This document shows positions 53,280 to 64,000 of a stretch of 64,000 bases of DNA, piece after piece (position 1 is the stretch's first letter; each line of letters begins with the position of its first letter). The notes under the pieces are model-generated. The model was not told where the DNA came from and did not search any database. It worked only from the letters and a program-made list of their open reading frames with translations. Made by a program: the position numbers and the translations under genes. Location of the stretch: positions 30,876,001 through 30,940,000 of the forward strand of contig CM022672.1 in the NCBI GenBank assembly GCA_012295275.1, given 5' to 3'. This DNA is from Chrysomallon squamiferum (lineage: Eukaryota > Animalia > Mollusca).

Positions 53280-55674
53280 TCACCTACGTAAGCATTCAGT
53301 GTCAAACAGCACTTGAAACGCTGCATAGAAATTAGTGAGCGAACAGTCGTGAACATGTCCAGAGAGAAAACCTGGCATGATGTCCAGAAGCATCTTGATG
53401 TTGGTATAGACACTGATGAACGTTTCTGCGTCCTGAACACCACAGAAGAGCTATGATCATAGACAGCATCTTATCACAGCAGATAAGCCCTTGATCTTTT
53501 ACCTTTGCAGAAATAATTCTACCAACGTCTCTGTACACCTGGGTCAGCTTTCTCAGTTTGTCCATGACAGTCTTTGCTCTGATAAAAGACCGAAGTAAAT
53601 CACGTGTTGTAACGAACATTTCCGACAAAACTGCCTTCTGGTCAACCTCCTCGACACTGTCCTCGGAAACAGCGCCTGTTGCAACATCATCAGCATCCAT
53701 GTCATCTTCTCCTCCTGATGATGTCAGGTTGGTACTGGAACCGGAAGAAGACTCTCCTCTGTTGTTAGGTTTGTCCTCGAGGTGAGGTGATTCGGAATCA
53801 AGGTGCTTTTCAAGTCTGCTGCAGTCTTTGTCTGCCATGGAGTAGAGTTCCTCCAGCGAGTACTTCTTCATCTCCAGACTGAGCACTGACACATCACTGA
53901 CTGGCCGGTTATCAGCCACACAAGAATCCACAGCTGATGATAAATGATCACCACTTTCATCATTCAACGAGCAGTTTTTCTCCAGCAGATTTGTGATGAA
54001 CTGGTCTTCATACACAACTTCACTGAGAGGTAGTGTACTCATCATTCCGTGCACTTTCTGACAAGAAGGAGTAACGCAGTATCTGTAAAGTTTCTCCATG
54101 GCTGGCAAACACTCTGGAGAAAGAAAGTTGTCATATACGACCCAGATTTTGCTCTTGTAATGGGCAGAAGATGTAATTGATTTCATTAGCATTTCACATA
54201 CCTCATCCATGTGACTTTTAAATCTTTCTTTGATATTTTCTAAAGCTGATTCAATGTTGTTTACCAAAAGTCTGTTACAGTCGTTGACTGGCTGAGACTC
54301 ACACTTTGCCGTTGTCACGTCTGATGCTTGATTTAAAACTTCGCCATTTTTCGGTGAGACTAACTGCCAGTTATATTCAGAGGTTGTTACATGCACACCG
54401 AACATAGAGATTTCATTCAAACTTGCTTGAATAAGATCATGAATCATCTGATAGCCGTGAATGTGTTCTGCGAACACCCCACTTGTCAGGTCTGTAAGCT
54501 GATGCGTCACTTTCTCCTCCAGTGTGTCCCAGTCAGCCGGCTTCGACTGGAGACCAATGATCTCAAGCGAATACTCACTTCCATCTGCAGTTTCAACAGG
54601 ACTAGAATCTTCAGAACTGTGCCTCAGCGACAAGATAACTCCGTAAACAGCCTCCCTCACAGACGACATTCTCACCTTTTTCATAACTGCATTCTGAATT
54701 TCGTCTTTCTGTTGTTTCGCTCTCCTCGCCAGCTCTAGGTATATGTTATGAATGACGTTCTCTTTAATTTTTTTCTTTCTGTATTTATTCTTTTTTGTTC
54801 TCACGGGTCGAACAACAACATTTTTAATTGTTTCTCTGGCTGTTTGTAACTTCACCAGCCACTCTAGAACCTTATTTCTTGACTCACGTTGCTGGGAAAT
54901 AGTCTGCTGAACATCGTCACCCTCGGCTTCCTTCTTCAGGCAGTTGATATTTTCTGAAAGTTCATCAAACTCCTTATTTACATTGTCAATGTCCTTTTCG
55001 ACATGGTTTAAAAACACGATCAGAAAGTCGCGCTGACAAGACCAGATATATCTCTCGCTGTCACACTGCTCATTTAGCAATATTCTCTCTCGCTGTTTCT
55101 GCAATGCATTCTCCGTGCGCTGCAGTTCTTCAGTCTTTTTAAGCAGCTGCATTTCTATTCTTTCGTGTTGATCTTCAATGTAGGACAGAACGTTTTCTAA
55201 CTCTGGGATATCGGCTCGATTGAACTGTAACAGAGGCAAAATAAAACAGTGCAAGAGCTGAGCAACATCGACTCTAAACTGTTCCTCGTTCAGCTTTTTA
55301 GCACAATATCCAGTCATCACCTCAATGGCTCTGTCAATAAATTCATCTTTTTTAGGGTCGAAATCGTACACGTCAGTGTCTCCATTAAGTGGTTCCGCTT
55401 CGACAGGGAAAAAATCGTTTATTGAAGAAGGACGTTTCACTTCTGTAAGATCGCCAATATATGCACGTGTCCATTTTACTTCTCTCTGGCTGCAGTCAAT
55501 GTACACTGCTTGAACCAATAAAGTTTTGTACCAGAGCGACGGATCCAACTGTACTTGTTCTTTAGTTCCGGGTAAAACTAAAACCGAATCGCTCACCACC
55601 GGAATGCATCCATCCTTAATAGTTATATCTTTCACACACACTGTATGTTTATCATGTTTCAGGTATATTAACAT
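53280..55674 (-). CDS. Single-exon coiled-coil protein with a divergent C-terminal VPS9 (Rab5-GEF-like) domain; frameshift near 53440
   Basis: 780-codon open frame, non-repetitive and GC-richer than the introns. The end reads KTVMDKLRKLTQVY...ICCDKMLSMIIALL, and an alternative frame continues QDAETFISVYTNIKMLLDIMPGFLSGHVHDCSLTNFYAAFQVL to TGA at 53282-53280, matching the VPS9 helix pattern. Coding status is firm; the domain call is by eye. Confidence 0.75.
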
Positions 55675-56344
55675 TGTAAGAAATCAAAATACATCACTGA
55701 CACCATAATTTTCTTACACAAGTTTCCTTCCATCGGAACGAAAAACACTTGAGTGGAAATTCGAAATTCCGCATTTGTTTTCCTAAGTTCAAAGTTGTTA
55801 CGGATTACAGCGACGATTACCGACCGAACGATTTACGAACGTATTAATAAATTTAAATATGAAGATTATCTCTGAATTTTCTTTATGATTTCTTCTTTCG
55901 ACACCAGAATAAAAACATAAAAGTCATATAATCACAGATAATTTTTCGCGACAGATGACTAAGGTGACTCTCCCTTGGTTAACTCATTCAAGGGAAGTAA
56001 GTAGAAAATCATTTTTAGAAAGGTTATGTTATTTTTTTATTTTTACATGTTTATAAACTCTTTGTGATGGTAAAGCTAAAAAACAAATGACTATAATTTC
56101 ACAGTATTGTCCGCATTTCATATCCGAAAACAGACAACTAAACAAAACTGGCTTCAAAGTTAAAAAATAATAATATTAATAAAATAAAATAAAATAATAA
56201 ATAAATAAAAGTTTCTTGCCTTTCTTACCTCCCTTGATTTCAAATAAACATGCTATATCTGGTCGATAGAAATAACCTGTCATTTTTAAAAATATTTTTT
56301 CTACCGTCAAAAAAAAAAAACAACGTTTGAGAAAAAATATCACC

Positions 56345-56705
56345 TGAAGTCACGAAGCACGTCTTGAATATATTTAATTACCATATCAAATGTTCTAATT
56401 TTTAAACTATTACTTAAGTTATAGTTCTGAAGACAAAAACATTTGATTCGTATTACTTACAGCTTCTTTATACTAATAGTATTAACGTAATATTAAATTA
56501 TGGATAAATACTGACAAATAAATATCAACATAATCAAACCACGTCTTGAAATTATATAATTACGATTCAAATATAGTTTTAATTTTTAAAATATTACCTA
56601 GGTTACAATTCTAAGGACATACGGATTCGTTTCGTTATTATTTAAAGCTTCTTACTAGATGTACAAGTACGGTCAAATACTGACAATAAATTGCAACATA
56701 ATGTA
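56345..56705. repeat. Two-copy ~180-bp diverged tandem duplication
   Basis: CACGTCTTGAA...AATTTTTAAA...TATTAC...GTTA...AAATACTGACAA...CAACATAAT occurs at ~56358 and ~56540. Confidence 0.75.
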
Positions 56706-56961
56706 ATGTGGTTAACACAGGCTATTATCCTAGGCGTGAAAAAAGTTAAGGCATTAACTGTCATCCAAAAAGAATTAATAAATAAATAAATTTAAAAAAC
56801 GCCGTGAAAATGTAGTCAAAAACAGGCCTTTACAAGTTCTTAATTATGTACAGCACTTTGACAAACTGGAAATGACCTTAAAAATATTGTCATTAAGGAA
56901 ACCATAAATGAACGTTCGAAAAATTTGTTGTACAATTTCTTTTTAAACTTATTTCTGATTT

Positions 56962-56994
<33 letters not shown>

Positions 56995-57921
56995 TATACA
57001 TTTCTTGTTACAATGATAGTTTTTCTTCTTGTTATTATTATCTCTGTTACTGTTTTTTGAAATATTATTATTAATTTGTTGTTATTACTGGGGTTTTTTT
57101 CTGTTGATGTTAATATTATTACTATTATTATTATTGTAGTAGTAGTATAGTAGAAGTAATAAAACCTAATATTTGTTTAATGTGTAGCTTTTATATATAT
57201 ATTTATTAAAATATAAAATACACTGAGTGTTCAAGTATGACTCACTCTAATCTCCTCTGTTTTAATCACAGCTCTGAGTTCAAAAGTTCAAAATCGGATT
57301 TTAATTGTTTTAATTTATTTTGATGAAATTGGCCTATTACGTTATATTATTTATATACATTATGTTGCATTATGTATATATATTATTTACATTATTTGTA
57401 TATATTATGTTGTATTTATATATATATATTATGTTATGTTGCATTATTTGTATATATTATGTTACATTATTTATATTATGTTATATTATTTATACATATT
57501 ATATTGTATTATTTATATATATATTCTGATTTGTTTTATTTTGATGAGCCATCTAAATCTGTGTCCAAATTATTTTAATATTTATTTTTATCACAATAAG
57601 AACGACAGCAATCTCTCTACTACTGCTATTACTGCTATATCGGAAATGATCGGTCTGGCTGTCAAACGCATTTTTTCTTCTTCTTCTTACCAAGCGGGAA
57701 CACACGCACACACACGCACGCACGCACACACAAACACATACATACAAACATAACCACACATACATACATATATACTGATATTTTTAAAGCTTTTACTTCT
57801 CAAAAGTTTAGAAGTCATCTATCCATCTATACATACATATGAATTCTGAACTTTCGCGCAACTTATATTGTAAGTTTTAGAAATAGCAATTTTGAGTTAA
57901 CGCTATTCAATTTATTGCTTG

Positions 57922-57971
<50 letters not shown>

Positions 57972-57974
<3 letters not shown>

Positions 57975-58263
57975 CGTTGAGGCAAATGAGGCAAACGCCT
58001 CATACCGAAATTGACAATATATTTTTTTCTTTTTCACTTTTTATACAATGGTTTTATTTTAAAAATATTAAACATAAATCTTCACTCCGATAGAAACGAT
58101 ATCCACTGAATGAATTCGTTTGAAGTCTACCGACAACGTTGCGATGAAAGATATAACTGACTTCAAAGACATAGACATCAAACAGGTTTATTGAACACCT
58201 GATGATTTGAGGCACGCAGCCTCCTTTTCCACACGTTTCAGTCTTAGCCCGGTTCTTGCCCTG
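57972..58263. mobile_element. Possible hAT-like MITE remnant upstream of the AKR gene
   Basis: TGAGGCAAATGAGGCAAACGCCTCA and TGAGGCACGCAGCCTC subterminal-type motifs, ending GCCCTG; no matching left TIR or TSD seen. Confidence 0.3.
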
Positions 58264-58577
58264 ATGCAGTGTATATTGTCATTTAGCCCCCAGAATTGAT
58301 TGTCCCGCTCTGCATACACACATACATACATACATACATTGTTGACAAAGTTGTGTACGGAAATATTCAAAATATTACTTTAAAAAAAAAAAAAAAAAAA
58401 AATAAAAAAAAAATAATAATAATAATAAATACATAAATAAATAGGAATCATTTATCTCATTTGAGAAAATTATAAACATTAAGACTACAGAAAATCTCTT
58501 TGGTGATATGCAACCTATATGCAGCCTTGACTTACTTAGCTGTGCGACATGGTTAGATTGTCGTCAGCAGACGTACA

Positions 58578-59925
58578 ATGTCGACAAACGTCCCTAGCCT
58601 GCTGCTAAATTCGGGCTATCGTATGCCAGTTATTGGGCTTGGCACGTTCAATCACTCTTTCAGTGTGAGTAATAGATTTGTTTGTGTGTCTGCTGTTAGG
58701 TACAATTAGATTTGTTACGGTCCAGTTATTACGAAATATAGGAATTCCGATTGCTCGCACACCCACCGCTAGTTATCGTTTTACTTAGCGATTTTTAAAA
58801 ATACATTTTTATTGGGATTTGTAAGAAAAAACTGGGGCTTTGTTTTTGTGGGGGGCAGTTGCCGAATGAAAAGTATATTAACATTTTGTTACAACTTACA
58901 TTAACAAATTAGCAGTTTTTTTTTTTTTTTTTTTTTTAGTAAACATATGGAGGGAGCTGTCAATACTCTTTTCTGTACATTACTGCAAGTTCGAATCTCA
59001 GTATATCACTGTTGAAAAATAAAGTAAGATAAATGTCACTGATTTGTTATCACACATGTTGGCACAATCTGACTAAAGTCTACCACTATTACTATCAGTG
59101 ACATATTTCCTTTCCTAAAGTAAAAAGTGTAAAACAATAATGTTCACCATCTTATTTTTCTTTTCTTACTCAGTTCAAAAGCACTAAAACATTATTAATA
59201 GAATCTGACCCATTTACACAGTTTTACTACTTTTTGTTTTCTTCATTTCAAAGACATTCCTTAAAAAACACAACTGACTGTAATTTAATAAATGCAAATT
59301 AGTGTTTGTTCACAGCAAAATGAAGTATATGAAGCTGTCAAGGCAGCCATTGTTATTGGGTACAGACATATAGACACAGCCTGGGTGTATCGGTCTGAGA
59401 AACAAATTGGTCAAGCTTTGAAAGAGAAGATAGCAGATGGCACCATTACAAGAGAAGATATTTTCTTGACAACTAAAGTAAGCTTTTATATATGTGTACA
59501 GGGTGTCCCACAAGTTTCCATACATAGGAAAAATAGATGTTTTTATGTGAAAAAACATTTTTATTTATATAACATGCTCTACATGGCTGCTATTATGTTG
59601 AAAACACATTTCAGTGCAAGTCCTCCACTGCTGAAGAACATGTTCAAGCACAGCTGGAAATATCCTTGTATTGGCATTGGTGATACATTTTGCTTAAGAT
59701 AATTTATGTTTTGTAACTTTTCCTGATACACCATGGCCTTCAGGTGCTGCCCCCAAAGGTAAAAATCAAGTGGGGGTAAGGTCTGGAGATCTGGGAGGCC
59801 ATTCCACCTGACATGCCAACCAATCCATGCACCTGGAAACTGCTGATGTAACCACTGACATACGTGAATACCAAATGAAAAAACACAGTGTTAAAAACCA
59901 TATGTATGGAAACTTATGGTACACC

Positions 59926-59959
<34 letters not shown>

Positions 59960-60270
59960 TCTGTTTGGATGAATAATAATTATATTTTACTGGCTATTAG
60001 TATGACTGGAATCAAACAATTTGTCATCAGTAAAAAGAGAAGGTATTTTCTAGACAACTAATGTTAGCTAACAGTTTAAACACAAATAGATAGATAGATA
60101 GATAGATAGATAGATTCTTTTTAAAGAATAATAATCTTTTTTAGCTCATTATTACTATAATTCAAAATAAATATACCCCAAATATTTAGCATTATGAAAA
60201 GAGGTATTCTAGATAAATAAAGGAAGATAATGCTAAACATACATACATACAAAATACACACCCACACACC

Positions 60271-60303
<33 letters not shown>

Positions 60304-62011
60304 TAAATTACAGGAAATGACAAAACTCTCTTTCAGTTATGGGTGATATTTAACAAGGAACAGAGTGTCGAGGTAGGATGTCAGGAATCTCTGAAAGAGC
60401 TTGGAGTTGAGTACCTGGATCTGTTCTTAATGCACTGGCCCACAGCATTCCAGGTTAGTCACACACAATGCATGTTCATTCTCACGCACATGATTTTCAT
60501 GCTCCTGATTTTCAAACAGTGGTGTGTTTTTTTCTGTTATTATGTAATTAGTCAATGTTTTTGACCAATTATTGTTTTAAAAATATATATTCATTATAAA
60601 ATTATTCCTCTGGATGGTAATTGACTTCTTTGTTGCTGTTTGATTCTAAAGCACATGATTTTCATGCTCGTGATTTTCAAATACAATAACAATTCCAGTT
60701 ATTGGTTTTTTCTGTTATTATGTAATTAGTGATTTTTTTTTGACTAATTATTGTTTTAAAAAATATATTCATTATAAAATTATTCCTCTGACTTTTTTGT
60801 TGCTGTTTGATTCTCATGCATGTGGTTTTCATCTACACTTGAAAATACAAAATTAATTCCCATTTATTTAAATTACAAGTGAATTTTGTCATGTTATTTA
60901 TTTCACTAATATAAACATCTTGTTTTCCTGTATAACAATCAGTTCCTTTCTCTTTGAGATTCCAGGAACCAGCTGACAGAAATATGTGGATAACCAGTGA
61001 ATTTATTCCAATTGAAGTGGATTATGTGGACACTTGGAAGGTAAAACTGAGCCTCATGGATCAGATCTTTCTTAAATGGTTAAAATTTAACTTGCGGGTG
61101 ACAAAATATTTCAGGAGCATCAAGATCACAAGGGTGATGGGATCTTTTCAAGTTTGAACATTTAAAGCAGACATTATTGAACTATACCTCCCATGGAGAA
61201 AATATTTAACTGATGTACAATCTTGGCAGAGTATTTTCAGTATAGTTACTCTGTGTGAGAGAAATGTGCACAGTACTTTAAGTGGATGAAATATAATGCA
61301 AAATAATAATTTCTGAAGATAATAATAATAATTAATTAAATGGTTTGGTCATGTGGGGATAATTAACATTCTTTAAGTGGCCTTTTTTAACCAAAATATC
61401 TGTCTTCTCAGTCTTCTCATTTATTTTTAATTTCTCCCATTTTAATGCAAGTTTTAATAATACATGTTTTAAAATATTTGTTTTAATTGTTTGTTTCTGT
61501 TTTAATGTATGATTCAGGCAATGGAGAAGTTAGTGGATCTTGGTCTAACTAAGTCAATTGGGCTTTCAAACTTCAACTATGAACAGCTCAAAAGACTTTT
61601 GAAGTCGGACATCAAACTCAAACCTGCCAATCTTCAGGTAAATCTATTCTTAGCAAATGATTATATTTACATCATTACATTTGGCTGACTCAAATAGATA
61701 AACCTTTTTATGCAAAATATTTCTGACAACAACAGAGGCAAATGGTATGATAAATATGATTGATCTATTACACATTTCTGACTAATGTCTTTGACATATT
61801 TCCTTTGCAAAATTCACCAGTGTAAAATAATTTATTATATTTTATTATTTTTGACAGATTGAAATCAATCCTTATTTAACCAACTGCCAATTACTGGAGT
61901 TATGCAAAGAACATGGAATTTCAGTCACTGCTTTTTCACCTTTATCAAAAGGAGGAAGTACTTAGTATGTACATGTGATGTTGTGCAATAGTTAAATGTA
62001 TAAATTACTAT

Positions 62012-62050
<39 letters not shown>

Positions 62051-62486
62051 GAAAGGCAAAAACAGGTCAATCTTAAATTACCTCAGAAACATCATCATAA
62101 TAATGATGATAATATCAAACAAATGAGCATTTTAACAAAATGTCACTGGTATGTATGATAATTTCAAATAGTTTAGTTTTAATCACTAATTTGGTTTTCT
62201 TCATACTAGAATAAAGGTAAATATCTTCTGATTTGTTATTTATTTTAGTATTGGAAAGCAAACACCTAAGCTGTTAGAGGAAAAGGTGTTGAAGGAGATT
62301 GCTTCAAAACACGGGAAAACACCAGCACAGGTACAAGTTAGATAACAAGTTGAGTGGTTGTTGCATCTTGACTTCAGATCAGATAATTATGTTGATTAGA
62401 TTAACAGACTTTTGATGACATAAGCATATCTATATATATATATATATATTTATTTATATTCATTATCACACGAACAAGCAAGCATA

Positions 62487-62517
<31 letters not shown>

Positions 62518-63142
62518 TTATAACTTAATAACCCATTCTTACTCACAAATATGTACTCTCACACTCGCATAAATACAGACATACACTACAGACATAAGCA
62601 TGCACACAAGAACAAACAAACACACAGATCCAAGTACACATGCACACAGTCCCACACACATTATAAACCATTGTTAAAATGTTATTTAAAGCTACAAAGT
62701 AAATTTACTGACTGATGTATTATTTTTCACAGGTAGCCCTCAGATGGGCAATACAAAGAAATTATGCAATAGTTCCAAAAAGTATCACTCCATCCCGAAT
62801 TAAAGAAAACTTTGAGGTATTTCATTTTAGTTACTGATATTCTCTACAGAGATATTGTTTTTCTTTACGTAAACTAACAGAATCATACATGTTGATTAGT
62901 CCTTTCTGACTATACTACATATTAGTCAGTATCTGAATTTGGTGATAATTTATTTATTTATTTATTAACATTGTGTTGTTTGTTTTTGTTTTGGGGGTTT
63001 CTTTTGTTGTTTTTTTGGTTATTATCTTTTGTCATTTTTTTTTTTTTGTAATTTCATTAACTAGTGATAAAAAATAACACAACAATTGTTTCACTTATTA
63101 TATAACTGGAATATGTATGTATGTACGTAGTACATATGTATG

Positions 63143-63173
<31 letters not shown>

Positions 63174-63270
63174 TCTTTTTTTTCAGATTTTTGATTTTAA
63201 GCTAGAGGAGACTGAAATGGCTGAAATTTCAAAACTAAATAAAAATCAAAGGACTTGTCACAGCAGAGGT
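58578..63270 (+). CDS. Aldo-keto reductase (AKR1-like); last exon not in the window
   Basis: Exons 58578-58664 (MPVIGLGTF), 59316-59477 ([11 protein letters not shown]...IFLTTK), 60337-60453 (LW...[10 protein letters not shown]), 60966-61040, 61518-61637 (KSIGLSNFN), 61858-61964 (IEINPY...AFSPL), 62249-62330, 62733-62816 (VPKS...RIKENF), 63187-~63270 (IFDFKL). Asp/Tyr/Lys/His catalytic tetrad intact. Confidence 0.95.
59499..59928 (-). mobile_element. Internally deleted Tc1/mariner-superfamily transposon in AKR intron 2
   Basis: TA followed by TIR CAGGGTGTCCCACAAGTTTCCATACATA; inverted copy TATGTATGGAAACTTATGGTACACCCT at 59901-59927; minus strand ~59804-59740 encodes [17 protein letters not shown] (frameshifted), a transposase C-terminal motif. 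Confidence 0.9.
60476..60850. repeat. ~170-bp tandem duplication in AKR intron 3
   Basis: GCACATGATTTTCATGCTC...TTTTCTGTTATTATGTAATTAGT...ATTCATTATAAAATTATTCCTCTG twice, plus a partial third copy. Confidence 0.85.
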
Positions 63271-63625
63271 GTAAGTTTTTTTAAATATATTTTATAATTG
63301 TGAATGATTGACCAGGATACAAATATAACTCATACTTTATTCAAGTTATTTAATTTTCTATCAATTAAATGTGTGTGTGTGTGTATGATTTTATTATTAA
63401 ATTTATTATTTTTAAAATTATGATAGTAAATTTATATTTTAATATTTTATAATGATTTAATGAGTACAAAATTTTAATAATATTAAATGATTCCAGTAAT
63501 GTAGGATTCAAAGTATTTTAATATTTACACATATAGGAAAGAATGAATTTCTTCCTTAATCTTTAAATATTGGGCAAGTGAATTTTCATACCAACTGAAT
63601 TGAACTAAAGAATAGTGATAAAAAC

Positions 63626-63669
<44 letters not shown>

Positions 63670-64000
63670 TTTAATGATATTCTCTAAACTTTCAGTATTA
63701 CCAGTTAATAAACCAGTTAATACTAACAACAAGGTTAAATTAAAATATTTCAAAAAAAAAAATAACAAAAAAAATAAAATAAACACAAGCTTGATGATCA
63801 GGATTCCAAACTAAAAGCTGAAACCTTTGTTACATCATTTTTTTTTTTCATCTCTGGTATTGTAAACACTTATTTGTAAGCCAGTCAACTGGCTAAGCTT
63901 AGCTGAAAGAACAGTTACATAGCATGGATTGTTCTGGTCACAAACACATGGAAATTGAAACCAATGCATTTCCTAACTTGTGGAAACTCCCAGTCCCTTC

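Noticed and set aside
53558-55708. Plus-strand ORFs opposite the 780-aa gene
   Set aside because: Antisense shadows with no independent signal.
55668-55733. Upstream out-of-frame ATG (MEGNLCKK...) as an alternative start or second frameshift
   Set aside because: Only 21 codons; cannot be distinguished from a chance uORF without orthologues.
1-64000. Lyase, GPCR, ADAMTS, VPS9-like and AKR genes as one functional cluster
   Set aside because: Unrelated families in mixed orientation; adjacency in an animal genome is not evidence of a shared pathway without synteny or co-expression data.

Overview
AT-rich, microsatellite-rich animal genomic DNA. The gene families and repeat style suggest a mollusc, possibly a cephalopod (inference only). 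Most ORF-track entries are repeat artefacts. Five protein-coding genes can be rebuilt by hand from GT-AG exons: (1) a minus-strand PLP-dependent class-V C-S lyase of the Egt2 / L-cysteine desulfhydrase / CefD type, running off the left edge; (2) a class A GPCR with an intronless coding region; (3) a roughly 27-exon secreted ADAMTS-type zinc metalloprotease ending in five ShKT (ShK toxin-like) domains, with one internal exon corrupted; (4) a long single-exon coiled-coil protein with a divergent C-terminal VPS9-like domain interrupted by a frameshift; (5) an aldo-keto reductase running off the right edge. Also present are several MITEs / DNA transposon relics, an RTE-like LINE relic split by a 43-bp satellite, and many intronic tandem duplications that repeatedly copy splice sites plus exon edges. 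No prokaryotic features, CRISPR array, tRNA or rRNA were found. All coordinates were read by eye and may be off by a few bases.
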